From: a virus
Taxonomy: Duplodnaviria > Caudoviricetes
Virus record (IMG/VR): IMGVR_UViG_3300020042_006260
Span: 1 to 38,224 of that record
Direction: 5' to 3' (one strand)
DNA length: 38,224 nt
Both the position numbers and the translations under genes were made by a program. Position 1 is the first letter of the stretch. Every line of letters begins with the position of its first letter. A model generated the notes under the pieces. It was not told where the DNA came from. It searched no databases and worked only from the letters and a program-made list of their open reading frames with translations. Below are positions 15,655-26,700 of the stretch, in pieces.

Positions 15655-18086
15655 AAGATGTCGTAGTCAATATATCATCCACAGCTTTTCCTAGTCAATT
15701 CGTGTCTGATGCTGAGAAGGCATCTCCTGAGTTCGGACTACAGATAGGTCAAGCCATTCAGTATGAGTGGTTTAGAAAGGATGGTAGCCAGTGTAGATAT
15801 TATAACCAGTGGTCTGAGTTTAATCGCCTGCGTTTATATGCGCGTGGTGAGCAGTCCGTACAGAAGTATAAGAATGAGTTGGCAATTGATGGCGACTTAT
15901 CTTATCTAAATCTTGACTGGACTCCGGTACCTATTCTACCTAAGTTTGTTGACATTGTTGTTAACGGATTATCTGATAGACTATTTAAGGTTAAGGCGTA
16001 CGCACAGGATGCTATGTCTCAGGCTAAGAGAAGTAAGTATCAGGACATGATTGAGAGTCAGATGCTTGCTAAGGATCTTTTATCTAAGATACAAGAAGAG
16101 ACAGGCGTTGATCCATTTGTAACAAATCCAGAGGAGCTTCCTCAAACAGATGAGGAGCTGTCACTATACATGCAGCTTAAGTATAAGCCTGCCATTGAGA
16201 TAGCTGAAGAGGAGGCTATCAATACAATCTTTGACGAAAACCACTACCAGGATACACGTAAGCGTATAGACTATGACATTGCTGTAATAGGTATTGGCAT
16301 GGCTAAGCATCAGTTCCTATTGGGATCTGGTGTTGAGGTGTCTTATGTTGATCCTGCCAATGTTGTTTACAGCTACACTGAGGACCCATTCTTTCAAGAC
16401 TGCTTCTATTGGGGAGAGATAAAGACTCTTCCTATGACAGAGCTTTTAAAGATTGATCCAACTCTTACAAAAGAGCAGCTAGAAGAAATATCTAAGTACT
16501 CTCAGAGCTGGTATGACTACTACAATGTAGCTCGATTCTATGAGAACAGTATGTTCAATAGAGACACCTGCACACTGCTCTACTTTAACTATAAGACCAC
16601 TAAGAAGATGGTCTACAAGAAGAAGATTCTTGAGGGTGGTGGCACTCGTGTTATTGAGAAGGATGACAAGTTCAATCCTCCTGTAGAGATGATGGAGGAG
16701 GGCAAGTTTGAGAAGCTAGAGAAGACTATTGACGTGTGGTACGATGGTGTCATGGTGATGGGTACTAACTTCTTGTTAAAGTGGGAGCTATCTGAGAACA
16801 TGGTAAGACCAAAGTCTGCCTCTCAGCATGCTATACCAAACTATGTGGCCTGTGCACCACGAATGTACAAGGGGGCCATTGAGTCGTTGGTAAGAAGGAT
16901 GATACCTTTTGCTGACTTGATTCAGTTGACTCACCTAAAGCTACAGCAGGTCATTGCACGTACTGTCCCTGATGGTGTGTTCATTGATGCTGATGGACTG
17001 AATGAGGTTGACTTGGGCACAGGTGCTGCTTACAACCCTGAGGATGCGCTAAGGCTATACTTCCAGACCGGTAGTGTTATTGGTCGTAGCTACACTCAAG
17101 ATGGTGAGTTCAACAACGCACGAGTTCCTATCCAGCAGCTTACATCTGGCTCAGGTTCCGCTAAGACACAGATGTTGATTGCTAACTACAATCACTACCT
17201 AGAGATGATCAGGTCTGTGACTGGTCTCAATGAGGCTAGAGATGGGTCTACGCCTGACTCTAATGCATTGGTTGGTGTACAGAAGCTTGCTGCTCTAAAT
17301 TCAAACACTGCCACTAGACACATACTTGAGAGCGGTCTATTTATTTATAGGTCTCTTGCTGAAGCTCTTACCTACCGTGTTGCTGATATCCTTCAGTACG
17401 CTGACTTTAAGGATGACTTTGCTAATAAGATTGGTAAGTATAATGTGTCTATACTCAATGACATTAAGGATCTGTACATATATGACTTTGGTATCTTCAT
17501 TGAGATATCTCCAGACGAGGAGCAGAAGGCACAGCTAGAACAGAACGTGCAGGTTGCTTTAGCTAAGGGAGATATTAACCTAGAGGATGCTATTGATATT
17601 AGAGAGATAAAGAATCTTAAGCTTGCTAACCAGCTACTTAAGATGAAGAGAGTGAAGAAGCAGGATCGAGAGGAGAGAATGATGATGGAGAAGCAGGCCA
17701 TGATGTCTCAGCAACAACTTCAATCTCAGGAGATGGCTGCTCAGGTGGCTATGCAACAGCTACAGCTTGAGACTCAATCTAAGATGCAGATTAAGCAGGC
17801 AGAGGTAGCGTTTGATATTGAGAAGTTAAAGGCAGAGGCAGAGCTTAAGAAGATGCTTATGGCTGAAGAGTTTAGTTATCAGATGCAGATTGCTGGTATC
17901 AAGGAGACCGCTCTTGCTGATAGGGACATCATGAAGGAGGACTCTAAGTCTAAGCGTATTAGTCAGCAGAACTCTGAGCAGTCTAAGTTAATTAATCAGA
18001 GAAAGAATAACTTACCCCCACTAAGCTTTGAGTCTAACGAGGATACGCTTGATGGGCTTGACATGGCACAGTTTGAGCCACGTTAA
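15651..18086 (+). CDS. Portal protein
   Basis: 811 aa directly after TerL; W.PVPILPKFVDIV; C-terminal Q/M-rich coiled-coil barrel as in P22/crAss-type portals. Confidence 0.85.
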   Translation: MKDVVVNISSTAFPSQFVSDAEKASPEFGLQIGQAIQYEWFRKDGSQCRYYNQWSEFNRLRLYARGEQSVQKYKNELAIDGDLSYLNLDWTPVPILPKFVDIVVNGLSDRLFKVKAYAQDAMSQAKRSKYQDMIESQMLAKDLLSKIQEETGVDPFVTNPEELPQTDEELSLYMQLKYKPAIEIAEEEAINTIFDENHYQDTRKRIDYDIAVIGIGMAKHQFLLGSGVEVSYVDPANVVYSYTEDPFFQDCFYWGEIKTLPMTELLKIDPTLTKEQLEEISKYSQSWYDYYNVARFYENSMFNRDTCTLLYFNYKTTKKMVYKKKILEGGGTRVIEKDDKFNPPVEMMEEGKFEKLEKTIDVWYDGVMVMGTNFLLKWELSENMVRPKSASQHAIPNYVACAPRMYKGAIESLVRRMIPFADLIQLTHLKLQQVIARTVPDGVFIDADGLNEVDLGTGAAYNPEDALRLYFQTGSVIGRSYTQDGEFNNARVPIQQLTSGSGSAKTQMLIANYNHYLEMIRSVTGLNEARDGSTPDSNALVGVQKLAALNSNTATRHILESGLFIYRSLAEALTYRVADILQYADFKDDFANKIGKYNVSILNDIKDLYIYDFGIFIEISPDEEQKAQLEQNVQVALAKGDINLEDAIDIREIKNLKLANQLLKMKRVKKQDREERMMMEKQAMMSQQQLQSQEMAAQVAMQQLQLETQSKMQIKQAEVAFDIEKLKAEAELKKMLMAEEFSYQMQIAGIKETALADRDIMKEDSKSKRISQQNSEQSKLINQRKNNLPPLSFESNEDTLDGLDMAQFEPR

Positions 18087-18095
18087 AAAAATATA

Positions 18096-18103
18096 TATAT
18101 TTG
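18096..18103 (+). promoter_or_regulatory. Bacteroidota -7 element
   Basis: TATATTTG, 19 nt before ATG 18123. Confidence 0.7.
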
Positions 18104-18122
18104 TAACATAAAATCTAATTAA

Positions 18123-19220
18123 ATGGAAATCAAGGTAAGATCACTAGATGGAGTAGAACCAAAGAGTGTGCAGGAAGTAGAAAAAGAACTACTTGAAAAG
18201 CATGAGAAGGAGATTAGTAATGAAGTACAAGTTGGCTTGGATACTTCTATTATTGACAATGCAGCTCAGGACAGTCAACCTGAAGAAGAAGAATTATCTG
18301 AAGAAAAAGTTCTTTCATATATTGGTAAGAGATATAATAAGCAAATAAATTCATTCGATGAATTAATGGATCAGAGACAGAGCAATGAAGAATTGCCTGA
18401 GGATGTTGCAGCTTATTTAAATTATAAGAAGGACACTGGAAGAGGGTTCGAAGATTTCCTAAAGCTTAGGAAGGACTACGATGCTATGGACCAGACACAG
18501 CTTCTTAGAGAGTACCTTGTAGATACACAGCAGAATTTAGATGACGAGGACATTGATGTCTTGATGGAGGATTACTCCTACGATGAGGACCTAGATGATG
18601 ATTCAAGAATTAAGCATGTAAAGATTGCAAGAAAGAAAGCTATTGCAGAGGCTAAGAAACACTTTAGTTCTCAGAAGGAGAAATATAAGCTTCCACTTGA
18701 GTCAGGTGGTATAGGCTTGTCTTCTGAAGAGAAGGAAGAATTCGAGGCTTATCGTCAATATACAAAGGAGTCAAAGACGATAGAGGAGGAAAGTAATCGG
18801 AAGCGTAGATGGTTTGACCAAAAGACAGATGAGGTTTTTAGTAAAGACTTCAAGGGATTTGAGTTCGAAATTAACGACAAGAAGATTTTATTTACTCCGG
18901 GATCTAGTGCTGAGTTAAAGAGCATGCAGTCAAGCCCAATGAACTTTGTTAATAAGTACTTGGATGAGAGTGGGCTAATTAAGGATGCAGCTGGGTACCA
19001 CAAGTCTTTGTCTATGGCAATGAATCCTGACAAGTTTGCTAAGTTCTTTTATGAGCAAGGGCAAGCTGATGCTACCGATGACGTTTTACGCAAGACCAAA
19101 AATATAAATATGTCTGAGCGAAGAGCTCCTGAGGTTGTTAATAAGGGTGGAATGCAGGTGAAGGCGGTTTCGCCAGACTCTGGAAGGAGTCTAAAAATTC
19201 GCAGTATTAAAAAATTATAA
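18123..19220 (+). CDS. Putative capsid scaffolding protein
   Basis: Acidic, helical, between portal and capsid, with a basic C-terminus. Confidence 0.7.
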   Translation: MEIKVRSLDGVEPKSVQEVEKELLEKHEKEISNEVQVGLDTSIIDNAAQDSQPEEEELSEEKVLSYIGKRYNKQINSFDELMDQRQSNEELPEDVAAYLNYKKDTGRGFEDFLKLRKDYDAMDQTQLLREYLVDTQQNLDDEDIDVLMEDYSYDEDLDDDSRIKHVKIARKKAIAEAKKHFSSQKEKYKLPLESGGIGLSSEEKEEFEAYRQYTKESKTIEEESNRKRRWFDQKTDEVFSKDFKGFEFEINDKKILFTPGSSAELKSMQSSPMNFVNKYLDESGLIKDAAGYHKSLSMAMNPDKFAKFFYEQGQADATDDVLRKTKNINMSERRAPEVVNKGGMQVKAVSPDSGRSLKIRSIKKL

Positions 19221-19242
19221 CAACTAAAACTAAAAAAAAACA

Positions 19243-20664
19243 ATGCCAGTATTAAACACACCTGGGTTCCAACTACAGCCAAGTGCTGAGCAGGTCCCAC
19301 TATCAACAAACTACATTACCAACTTCGACTTCTTGAACCAGTATCTACCTGATACTTACGAGAAAGAATTTGAGCGTTATGGTAACCGTACAGTAGCTTC
19401 CTTCCTAAGAATGGTAGGAGCTGAAATGCCATCCAACTCTGACATGATCAAGTGGGCTGAGCAAGGTCGTTTGCATACTAAGTATGTGAACTGTGATTCA
19501 TCCGCAGCTGCTGGTGCAGACTCTGCAACTATTACTGTTGCTGATGCTAACGTAACCGCTATTGCGATCCGTGCTGGACAGACTGTATTTATCTCTGATA
19601 ATGCTACAGGTCTTTCTAACAAGGGTATCGTTACTGCTGTTAACACTGCTAATGATACTTTCGAAGTAGCTTACTACGAAGGTGCTGGACAGACTTTCTC
19701 TGGAACTGCTGTTCTTTCAGTATGGATCTACGGTTCTGAATTCAGAAAAGGAACTGTTGGAATGATCGGATCTTTGGAAGCTGAAGATGAGTTCTTTGAC
19801 AACTCTCCAATCATCATCAAGGACAAGTATGCAGTATCTGGTTCTGACATGGCTCAGATCGGATGGGTAGAAGTAACTACTGAGAATGGTGCTACCGGAT
19901 ACCTTTGGTATTTGAAGTCTGAGCACGAGACTCGTCTACGTTTCGAAGACTATCTTGAGACCGCAATGATTGAAGCAGTTCCTGCTGAGGCTAACTCTGG
20001 TGTAGCTAACGCTTCCTTAAACCCTATCTATGGTAACAAAGGGTCTGAAGGTATCTTCTACTCTGTTAACAATCGTGGTAACGTATGGGGTGGTGGTAAC
20101 CCAACTACTCTAGCTGATTTTGATTCTATCATCTCTCGTCTTGACAAGCAAGGATCTATCGAGGAGAACGTAATCTTCTTGAACAGAGCATTTAGCTTTG
20201 ACATTGACGATATGTTGGCAGCTCAGAATAGCTACGGTGCTGGTGGTACCTCTTATGGTCTATTCGACAACGATGAGCAGATGGCATTGAACCTTGGCTT
20301 CACTGGATTCCGTAGAGGTTATGACTTCTACAAGTCTGACTGGAAGTACTTGAACGATCCTACCATGCGTGGCGGATTGCCTACTAGTTCATCTGCAACT
20401 GGTACTGTAACTGGTCTATTGGTACCTGCTGGTTCTACCACTGTATACGATCAGATCCTTGGTAAGAACGCTAAGCGTCCATTCTTGCACGTTCGTTACA
20501 GAGCTTCTGAGACTGAAGATCGTAGATACAAGACTTGGATCACAGGTTCTGCCGGTGGTGCACAGACTAGCGATCTCGATGCAATGGAGGTCAACTTCTT
20601 GTCTGAGCGTTGTGTATGTACCCTAGGCGCTAACAACTTTGTATTGTTCAGATACGGAGCATAA
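19243..20664 (+). CDS. Major capsid protein
   Basis: 473 aa; position in the operon; highly expressed-type codon bias (TTC, AAC, ATC, CGT, GGT); followed by a terminator. Confidence 0.85.
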   Translation: MPVLNTPGFQLQPSAEQVPLSTNYITNFDFLNQYLPDTYEKEFERYGNRTVASFLRMVGAEMPSNSDMIKWAEQGRLHTKYVNCDSSAAAGADSATITVADANVTAIAIRAGQTVFISDNATGLSNKGIVTAVNTANDTFEVAYYEGAGQTFSGTAVLSVWIYGSEFRKGTVGMIGSLEAEDEFFDNSPIIIKDKYAVSGSDMAQIGWVEVTTENGATGYLWYLKSEHETRLRFEDYLETAMIEAVPAEANSGVANASLNPIYGNKGSEGIFYSVNNRGNVWGGGNPTTLADFDSIISRLDKQGSIEENVIFLNRAFSFDIDDMLAAQNSYGAGGTSYGLFDNDEQMALNLGFTGFRRGYDFYKSDWKYLNDPTMRGGLPTSSSATGTVTGLLVPAGSTTVYDQILGKNAKRPFLHVRYRASETEDRRYKTWITGSAGGAQTSDLDAMEVNFLSERCVCTLGANNFVLFRYGA

Positions 20665-20675
20665 TTAAAAATAAC

Positions 20676-20702
20676 AGGAGGAGCCGAGTGGCTCCTCCTT
20701 TT
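20676..20702 (+). terminator. Intrinsic terminator after the capsid gene
   Basis: AGGAGGAGCC-GAGT-GGCTCCTCCT followed by TTT. Confidence 0.85.
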
Positions 20703-20722
20703 AACTTCAAACAAACAAGACA

Positions 20723-21145
20723 ATGATTAAGAAAAAAGTAGGGGACCCAGTTCCAAAGAAAACAGCGGTTAAGAAATCTCCTGGATTTGTAGGGCATGGT
20801 CATGCAGACAATAGAACAGCAGCTCAAAGAAAAGCAGCGGAAGAATTCCAAGGGCCTAATAGTACTTATGCTAAAAGAAAAGATAGTATTATTAAACAAC
20901 AACAATACGAGGATTTCTTTCAAAAAACAGGTAAAGCAAAAAAAGGTGCAGATTCTACTTCTTCAAGAGAATACGGAGGAGCTTTTGCTCCAAGTAAAGT
21001 TTTAGATAAAGATAACATGTATAGATTTACAAGTCCATCTAAAGCAGGTGTTGCCAAAAAAATTAATACAACAAAGGCTCCTTCCGCTGGAACAGCTTCT
21101 AAGAAAGACGTTAGGTCTTACAAAAAGACAATGCGAAAGAAGTAA
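20723..21145 (+). CDS. Lys-rich hypothetical protein (moron-like insert)
   Basis: 140 aa, A-rich codons, flanked by two similar terminators. Confidence 0.7.
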   Translation: MIKKKVGDPVPKKTAVKKSPGFVGHGHADNRTAAQRKAAEEFQGPNSTYAKRKDSIIKQQQYEDFFQKTGKAKKGADSTSSREYGGAFAPSKVLDKDNMYRFTSPSKAGVAKKINTTKAPSAGTASKKDVRSYKKTMRKK

Positions 21146-21153
21146 TAATTAAC

Positions 21154-21183
21154 AGAGGAGGCCGCTGTGGTCTCCTCTATTTT
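21154..21183 (+). terminator. Intrinsic terminator
   Basis: AGAGGAGGCC-GCTGT-GGTCTCCTCT followed by ATTTT. Confidence 0.75.
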
Positions 21184-21203
21184 AAATCTTTAAATCAAAT
21201 CAA

Positions 21204-21953
21204 ATGAAAAAATCAGTAGCAAGTTCTGATAAAGTCTATAAACTTAAAGGACAGTCAGCTCCTTTATCTTTTACTTTACCATCAAGAAATACTAAGAGGT
21301 ATCCTCTTCTTTACTTTGATGAAGACAATAATGTCAATAGGACATTAAGATATTCCATCAATCAGAAGTCCCCATTTGAGGACGAGCAAGATGGCAACGC
21401 AATCCTAGAGCCAATCGTATTTGAGAATGGCTTCCTATCAGTTCCAAGAACTAATCCCGTACTACAGCAGTTCCTTCACTACCACCCACTTAATGGTGTA
21501 TCATTCATCCAGGTTGATTCCGAGAAGGATGCAGCTAAGGAAGTAGAGCAGCTTACATCTGAGGTAGACGCATTGATTGAAGCACGTCAACTAAGTGTTG
21601 ATCAGCTTGAGACAGTTGCTAGAGTTTTGTTTGGCAAAGACCCTAACAAGTTTACAACATCTGAGCTTAAGCGTGACGTATTGATTTATGCTAAGAGAGA
21701 TCCAAGAGGATTCTTAAATATGCTGCATGATCCAATGCTAAAGCTTCAGTCCAACATCCACGTGTTCTTTGAGAATAAGTTGTTGACATTCAGAAATAAT
21801 AACAAGGAAGTGTGGTTTAATACCCCCTCAGTAAAGAAGAAAATGCTTACCGTATCTTATGGTGAAGATCCATACTTTGCTGTATCTCAATTTTTAAAGA
21901 CAGATGATGGTATCGATGCTTTGAAAATGTTAGAAAATAATTTAGATTTGTGA
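21204..21953 (+). CDS. Hypothetical protein of the structural module
   Basis: 249-aa ORF between the capsid and ring genes. Confidence 0.75.
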   Translation: MKKSVASSDKVYKLKGQSAPLSFTLPSRNTKRYPLLYFDEDNNVNRTLRYSINQKSPFEDEQDGNAILEPIVFENGFLSVPRTNPVLQQFLHYHPLNGVSFIQVDSEKDAAKEVEQLTSEVDALIEARQLSVDQLETVARVLFGKDPNKFTTSELKRDVLIYAKRDPRGFLNMLHDPMLKLQSNIHVFFENKLLTFRNNNKEVWFNTPSVKKKMLTVSYGEDPYFAVSQFLKTDDGIDALKMLENNLDL

Positions 21954-21986
21954 GTTAGTTTTTCATAGGTTGATGTGATTAAAAAT

Positions 21987-22014
21987 GGGGGTGTAATAAC
22001 ACCCTCTTTTTTTT
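21987..22014 (+). terminator. Intrinsic terminator
   Basis: GGGGGTGT-AATA-ACACCCTC followed by T8. Confidence 0.85.
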
Positions 22015-22017
22015 GTT

Positions 22018-22025
22018 TATATTTG
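22018..22025 (+). promoter_or_regulatory. Bacteroidota -7 element
   Basis: TATATTTG immediately after the terminator, 13 nt before ATG 22039. Confidence 0.7.
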
Positions 22026-22038
22026 TAAAAAGACTAGT

Positions 22039-22782
22039 ATGATCAACTCAGTTAGAAATACCGTATTGGCAATTCTTAACAAGAATAACTACGGATACAT
22101 CTCCCCATCTGACTTTAACCTGTTTGCCAAGCAGGCTCAGCTAGAGATATTTGAAGAGTACTTCTCTGAGTATAACGATGTTACCAACAAGGAGAACGCT
22201 CGTATTTCTGGTACCGACTACGCAGATATTAAGAAGGTTATAGCAGAGGCTATTGAAGTATTTGCCACTACATCTACACTAAGCCAGGTTGCTGCGGCTA
22301 CTAATAGATTCTACCTACCATCAGTAACTACCACTGGCTTTGACTACTTTATGTTAAATAAGGTACTTTGTTACGATGCATCTGGTGCTTCTAGAGTATT
22401 TAAGGGGGAGGCAGAGAAGGTTTCGCTTGGTAAGATTACTATGCTTGTCAACTCTAACCTTACTTCTCCTACTGAAACATACCCGGCTTACACTCAAGAG
22501 GGGAGTATACTAACGGTATATCCTTCAACAATAAATCTTGCTAATGAGGTAGATGCTGTTTACTTTAGATATCCAAAGGACCCGAAGTGGACATTTACTA
22601 CACTAACAAATGGAGAGCCTGTTTTTAATCAGTCTGCTGGTTTAGGATACCAAGACTTTGAGGTGCCTATTGAGGATGAAATAAAATTAGTATCAAAAAT
22701 TCTTCAGTATGCTGGGATGTCTATACGTGAGATTGAGGCAGTTCAGTTTGGTGGTAATGAAGAACAAAAACAATCTGTATAA
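22039..22782 (+). CDS. Putative head-tail connector / tail ring protein
   Basis: LNK...GYISP.DFN.FA..AQ...Y.RYPKDP.W...DFE.P pattern; position. Confidence 0.65.
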   Translation: MINSVRNTVLAILNKNNYGYISPSDFNLFAKQAQLEIFEEYFSEYNDVTNKENARISGTDYADIKKVIAEAIEVFATTSTLSQVAAATNRFYLPSVTTTGFDYFMLNKVLCYDASGASRVFKGEAEKVSLGKITMLVNSNLTSPTETYPAYTQEGSILTVYPSTINLANEVDAVYFRYPKDPKWTFTTLTNGEPVFNQSAGLGYQDFEVPIEDEIKLVSKILQYAGMSIREIEAVQFGGNEEQKQSV

Positions 22783-22784
22783 TC

Positions 22785-23708
22785 ATGGCATACATCACTC
22801 AAGAGAAGTACTACGATAATAATGGAGTAGCACCTACGGATCAGAACTGGGGATTATATCAATACGTAACCCTTCAGGATATTGTCAACAACTTCTTGTT
22901 GATGTACTCTGGCAACCACTCATTGATAAATAATGAGGAGAGGTATAAGGTTCTATTCCATGCTAAGAGAGCGATACAGGAGCTTAACTACGATGCGTTC
23001 AAGCAGATAAAAGTATTGCAACTAACTGTGGATGATACACTTAAGTTTATCCTACCATCTGACTACGTCAACTGGGTTAGAGTAAACTTGTATAGAGATG
23101 GCTTACTAAGACCGCTGACTGAGAACATACAGGTGCTTTCTGCTAAGGCATACTTGCAGGATAATACAGGCAAGATATTATTTGACAATCAAGGTAATGC
23201 CTTGTCTCCTGAGTTCTCTAATATTGACTTGCAGAGACTAGAAGGTGTTAAGAGAAATATTTACTTAAACTCCCAGAGCCCATACAACGGACAGGAAGGA
23301 TGGAATATAGATGGTGAGTGGTACTTTGACTACAGCATTGGTACTAGATATGGGCTTAATACTGAGACTGCTAACGCTAACCCTACATTCAATATTGATG
23401 CAAAGAGTGGTGTCATTAACTTTAACTCAGACATGTATGGCGAATCAGTCATACTAGAGTACATCTGTGATGGCATGGAGAATGGGGATGACTCAAGAGT
23501 TAGTGTTAATAAATTGTTTGAAAAGTTTATTTATGCGTACATTACGTATGAAATACTTAACTCTAAGCTTGGAGTACAGGAGTATGTTGTTAGTCGTGCA
23601 AGAAAAGAGAAGACTGCACTTATGAGAAATTCCAAAATAAGAATAAGCAACATCCACCCTGGTAGACTATTGATGAATCTACGTGGCATGGACAAGTGGT
23701 TGAAATAA
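22785..23708 (+). CDS. Putative tail ring / tubular protein
   Basis: AKRAIQEL.YD...LPSDYVNWVRV...ILEYICDG; position. Confidence 0.65.
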   Translation: MAYITQEKYYDNNGVAPTDQNWGLYQYVTLQDIVNNFLLMYSGNHSLINNEERYKVLFHAKRAIQELNYDAFKQIKVLQLTVDDTLKFILPSDYVNWVRVNLYRDGLLRPLTENIQVLSAKAYLQDNTGKILFDNQGNALSPEFSNIDLQRLEGVKRNIYLNSQSPYNGQEGWNIDGEWYFDYSIGTRYGLNTETANANPTFNIDAKSGVINFNSDMYGESVILEYICDGMENGDDSRVSVNKLFEKFIYAYITYEILNSKLGVQEYVVSRARKEKTALMRNSKIRISNIHPGRLLMNLRGMDKWLK

Positions 23709-23709
23709 T

Positions 23710-26700
23710 ATGGCGAATATCACAAGGAACTTCATAGCTGGTAAAATGAATAAGGTCGTTGATGAACGACTAATTCCTGATGGAGAGTATATCGATGCGC
23801 TCAATATTCGTATGGGTTCTACAGAGAACTCTGAGATTGGGGTCATTGAAAATAGTAAGGGCAACAGCAAGCTTACTACAATCAAGTATGTGAATGGAAC
23901 AGCACTTAGCTCTTCAGCCAGATGTATTGGCACTATAGCTGAGAATACAAGTGAGACTATCTACTGGTTTATCCACGACTCAAACTTTCCGGTAGGTGCT
24001 ACTGGTAAGCTTGATATGATTGTGTCATTCAATGTTTACAACAACATATTGACATACCACCTTATCAGTATCAACGATGGAGGCGGTGACAATACTACGC
24101 TAAACTTTGATCCCGGGTATCTTATTACTGGAGTAAGCATCATCGATGACTTAATATTTTTTACCGATGACTACAACCCACCAAGGGTAATAAATAGATT
24201 TAAGAACTACGCTGATCCTGTAGGTAACATAGACCAGTTTAGTGCTGAGTCTATTCTTGTCATTAAGAAGCCCCCGGTACAGTCTCCTGGTGTTACATTA
24301 ATCAACACAGGTGATGAGAGTAACTTCCTAGAGAATAGGTACATATGCTTTGCATATAGATATCTTTACGAGGATGGTGAGTACTCAGCCACATCTCAGT
24401 GGTCTGCTCCTGCGTTTCAGCCTAAGCAATTTGACTTTAGCATTAACAGCTACCTAAATGATGGTATGCAGAACCAGTTTAATGCTGCCAGAGTAACGTA
24501 TAACACAGGAGGTCCACTAGTGGTAGGCATTGACTTGTTGTTTAAGGAGGCAAATAGTAATGTCATCAAGGTTATTGAGAAGCTTAACAAGGCTGATCTT
24601 GGCTTCACAAATAACACTGACCGTACGTACACGTTTACTAATAGCAAGATATTTACTATCCTCCCTGATAGTGAGCTGCTTAGATTGTACGATAACGTAC
24701 CATTACTAGCAAAGGCTCAGACCATCATGGGAAACAGGCTTATGTATGGCAACTACGTTGAGGGATATGACATGGTTGACATTTTGGGAAACCCTATAAA
24801 TCTTCAATACTCTACTAACTTAATATCTGAGGATATAGACAACGCTGAGATAAACAATTCTCTTGCCTCAGGTACCTATAATTTTGGCCCTCCTGAGACG
24901 ATACCGAACTCAGTGGTATACTTAGACCTTTCACCATTTGAACTCGTTGCAGGGGCCTCTATTACAGTCGATATGACATTTGATCATGAGGGTTTTGCAG
25001 GTGATACTCCGTTCCCTACACAGACTAATGGCAGTGTATCTCTTAACTTTTCTTTCGTATTGCCTAGGTCTTACTCATCAGTATATGAGCTGGCAAGCAG
25101 TATAGAGTTTCAGGAAGCGATTGGTCTTTCTGGGAACATACAAACTGTAGCAAATTCTTGTGATGGTACAACATTGACAGATCAGTTTAACTGTTCTCTT
25201 CTAATGAACTTGAATGCCTTGATTAAATACCAGAGTGGTATTGGGTCAGCAGGACAGGGGCTAGGAATAATAACATCACCTGCTAGTGAGTCAATTGGCA
25301 TACAGCTGCTTACAATGAGGTATGTTAACAACACAACTACTCCTACCGTAAGTGTATATGAGTACTTCGAGTACACTTTTGTTAATGCATTCTATCAGAA
25401 AATAAATACCGCTAGAAGCTTGCATAGTAACAGAGGGTATGAGATTGGTATTGTGTATATGGATGACTTTAACAGGTCAACAACTGCGTTGGTTAGTCCA
25501 AACAATACTGTTCACGTACCATGCTCAGCATCTGATTCAAAGAACTCTATACAGGTGACTATACCTGTAACTCAGAACGTGCCATACTGGGCCACACGAT
25601 ATAAGTTTGTCATCAAGCCTGATCAAGAGAACTATGACATAATATATAGCAGCATATTCTTCAACGATCCACTAACAAACAATGTGTACTTCTTGCTTGA
25701 AGGCGAGAATTCTAGAAAGGTGCAGGTTGGAGACAGGCTTATAGTTAAGGCCGATACAAATGGTCCTACAAATACTTGCGTATATACAACTGTGCTTGAG
25801 AAAGAATCTCAGGCAGCAGGATTTATTGAGATTCCTAGTGAACTAAACCCAGCGGTAGATATCCCTGTTCCGGCTGGTGTATACATAAAGATTAATCCAA
25901 ATAACTTCTCTGTAGTTAAGGATCAATCATCAATTATAGCCCCAGGTACTATTCAGGTTGATGAGAATGATGCAGGACAGTATCCAATATTAAAGTATCC
26001 AATGAACTCAAAGCGTGTTGTAGGGTATGATCCTGCCCATCCAACATGGGTATATGAGGACTATACTGTTCCTGCTGGTAGTAGAATAAAGATAGATCTT
26101 AAGTTTCAAAGACTTGGCCCAGGGGCTGGGAATGGCGATTGCTCAAGAAGAATATATACTTTAGAAAAGACCATGATTGCATCTGCTAACTATGATAGCA
26201 TGATTGATTGGTTTGATGGAGATAATGTTCAAGTTGTTCTTAATGAGGGGATTTCAGAAGTAGGTGGTGACGATTGTGAAATTGAAAATGAGTACATACC
26301 TACTGTTACTAATAGTGATAATCCTGGTATTACTAATCCAGAAAAATGTGTTAACAAGTATAGGTTCTATAGAAACACAACAACAAATGAGTTAGCACTT
26401 CTTATATCTGGAACGGTTCGTTGCAGTGGAGTAGCTGAAAGACAGAAGAGAAGATCAACTGTTATTGCTACCTTCGAAGTATTCCGTGCTGATACTACAA
26501 TTATATTTGAGACAGAGCCATCTGATGCTCTGCCTGATGTATTCTTTGAAAATGAATTGTCACTCCCTATAGTAAATGGATACCACGGAGGTAATGTTCA
26601 GAATCAGACTAGCTCACTACCTGCAATCATTGACACTCAGTTCTTTAACTGCTTTGCATTTGGTAACGGAGCGGAGAGTTATAAGATTCTAGACTCAATT

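Noticed and set aside
19228-19242. A9 run before the capsid ATG as a slippage site
   Set aside because: Intergenic; explained as an A-rich Bacteroidota translation leader.
13148-20923. Short antisense and alternate-frame ORFs over the terminase, portal, scaffold and capsid genes
   Set aside because: Fully overlap well-supported genes and show shadow-frame composition.
20796-21005. +1-frame ORF inside the Lys-rich insert
   Set aside because: No A-rich leader or recognisable motif; A-rich sequence easily leaves frames open.
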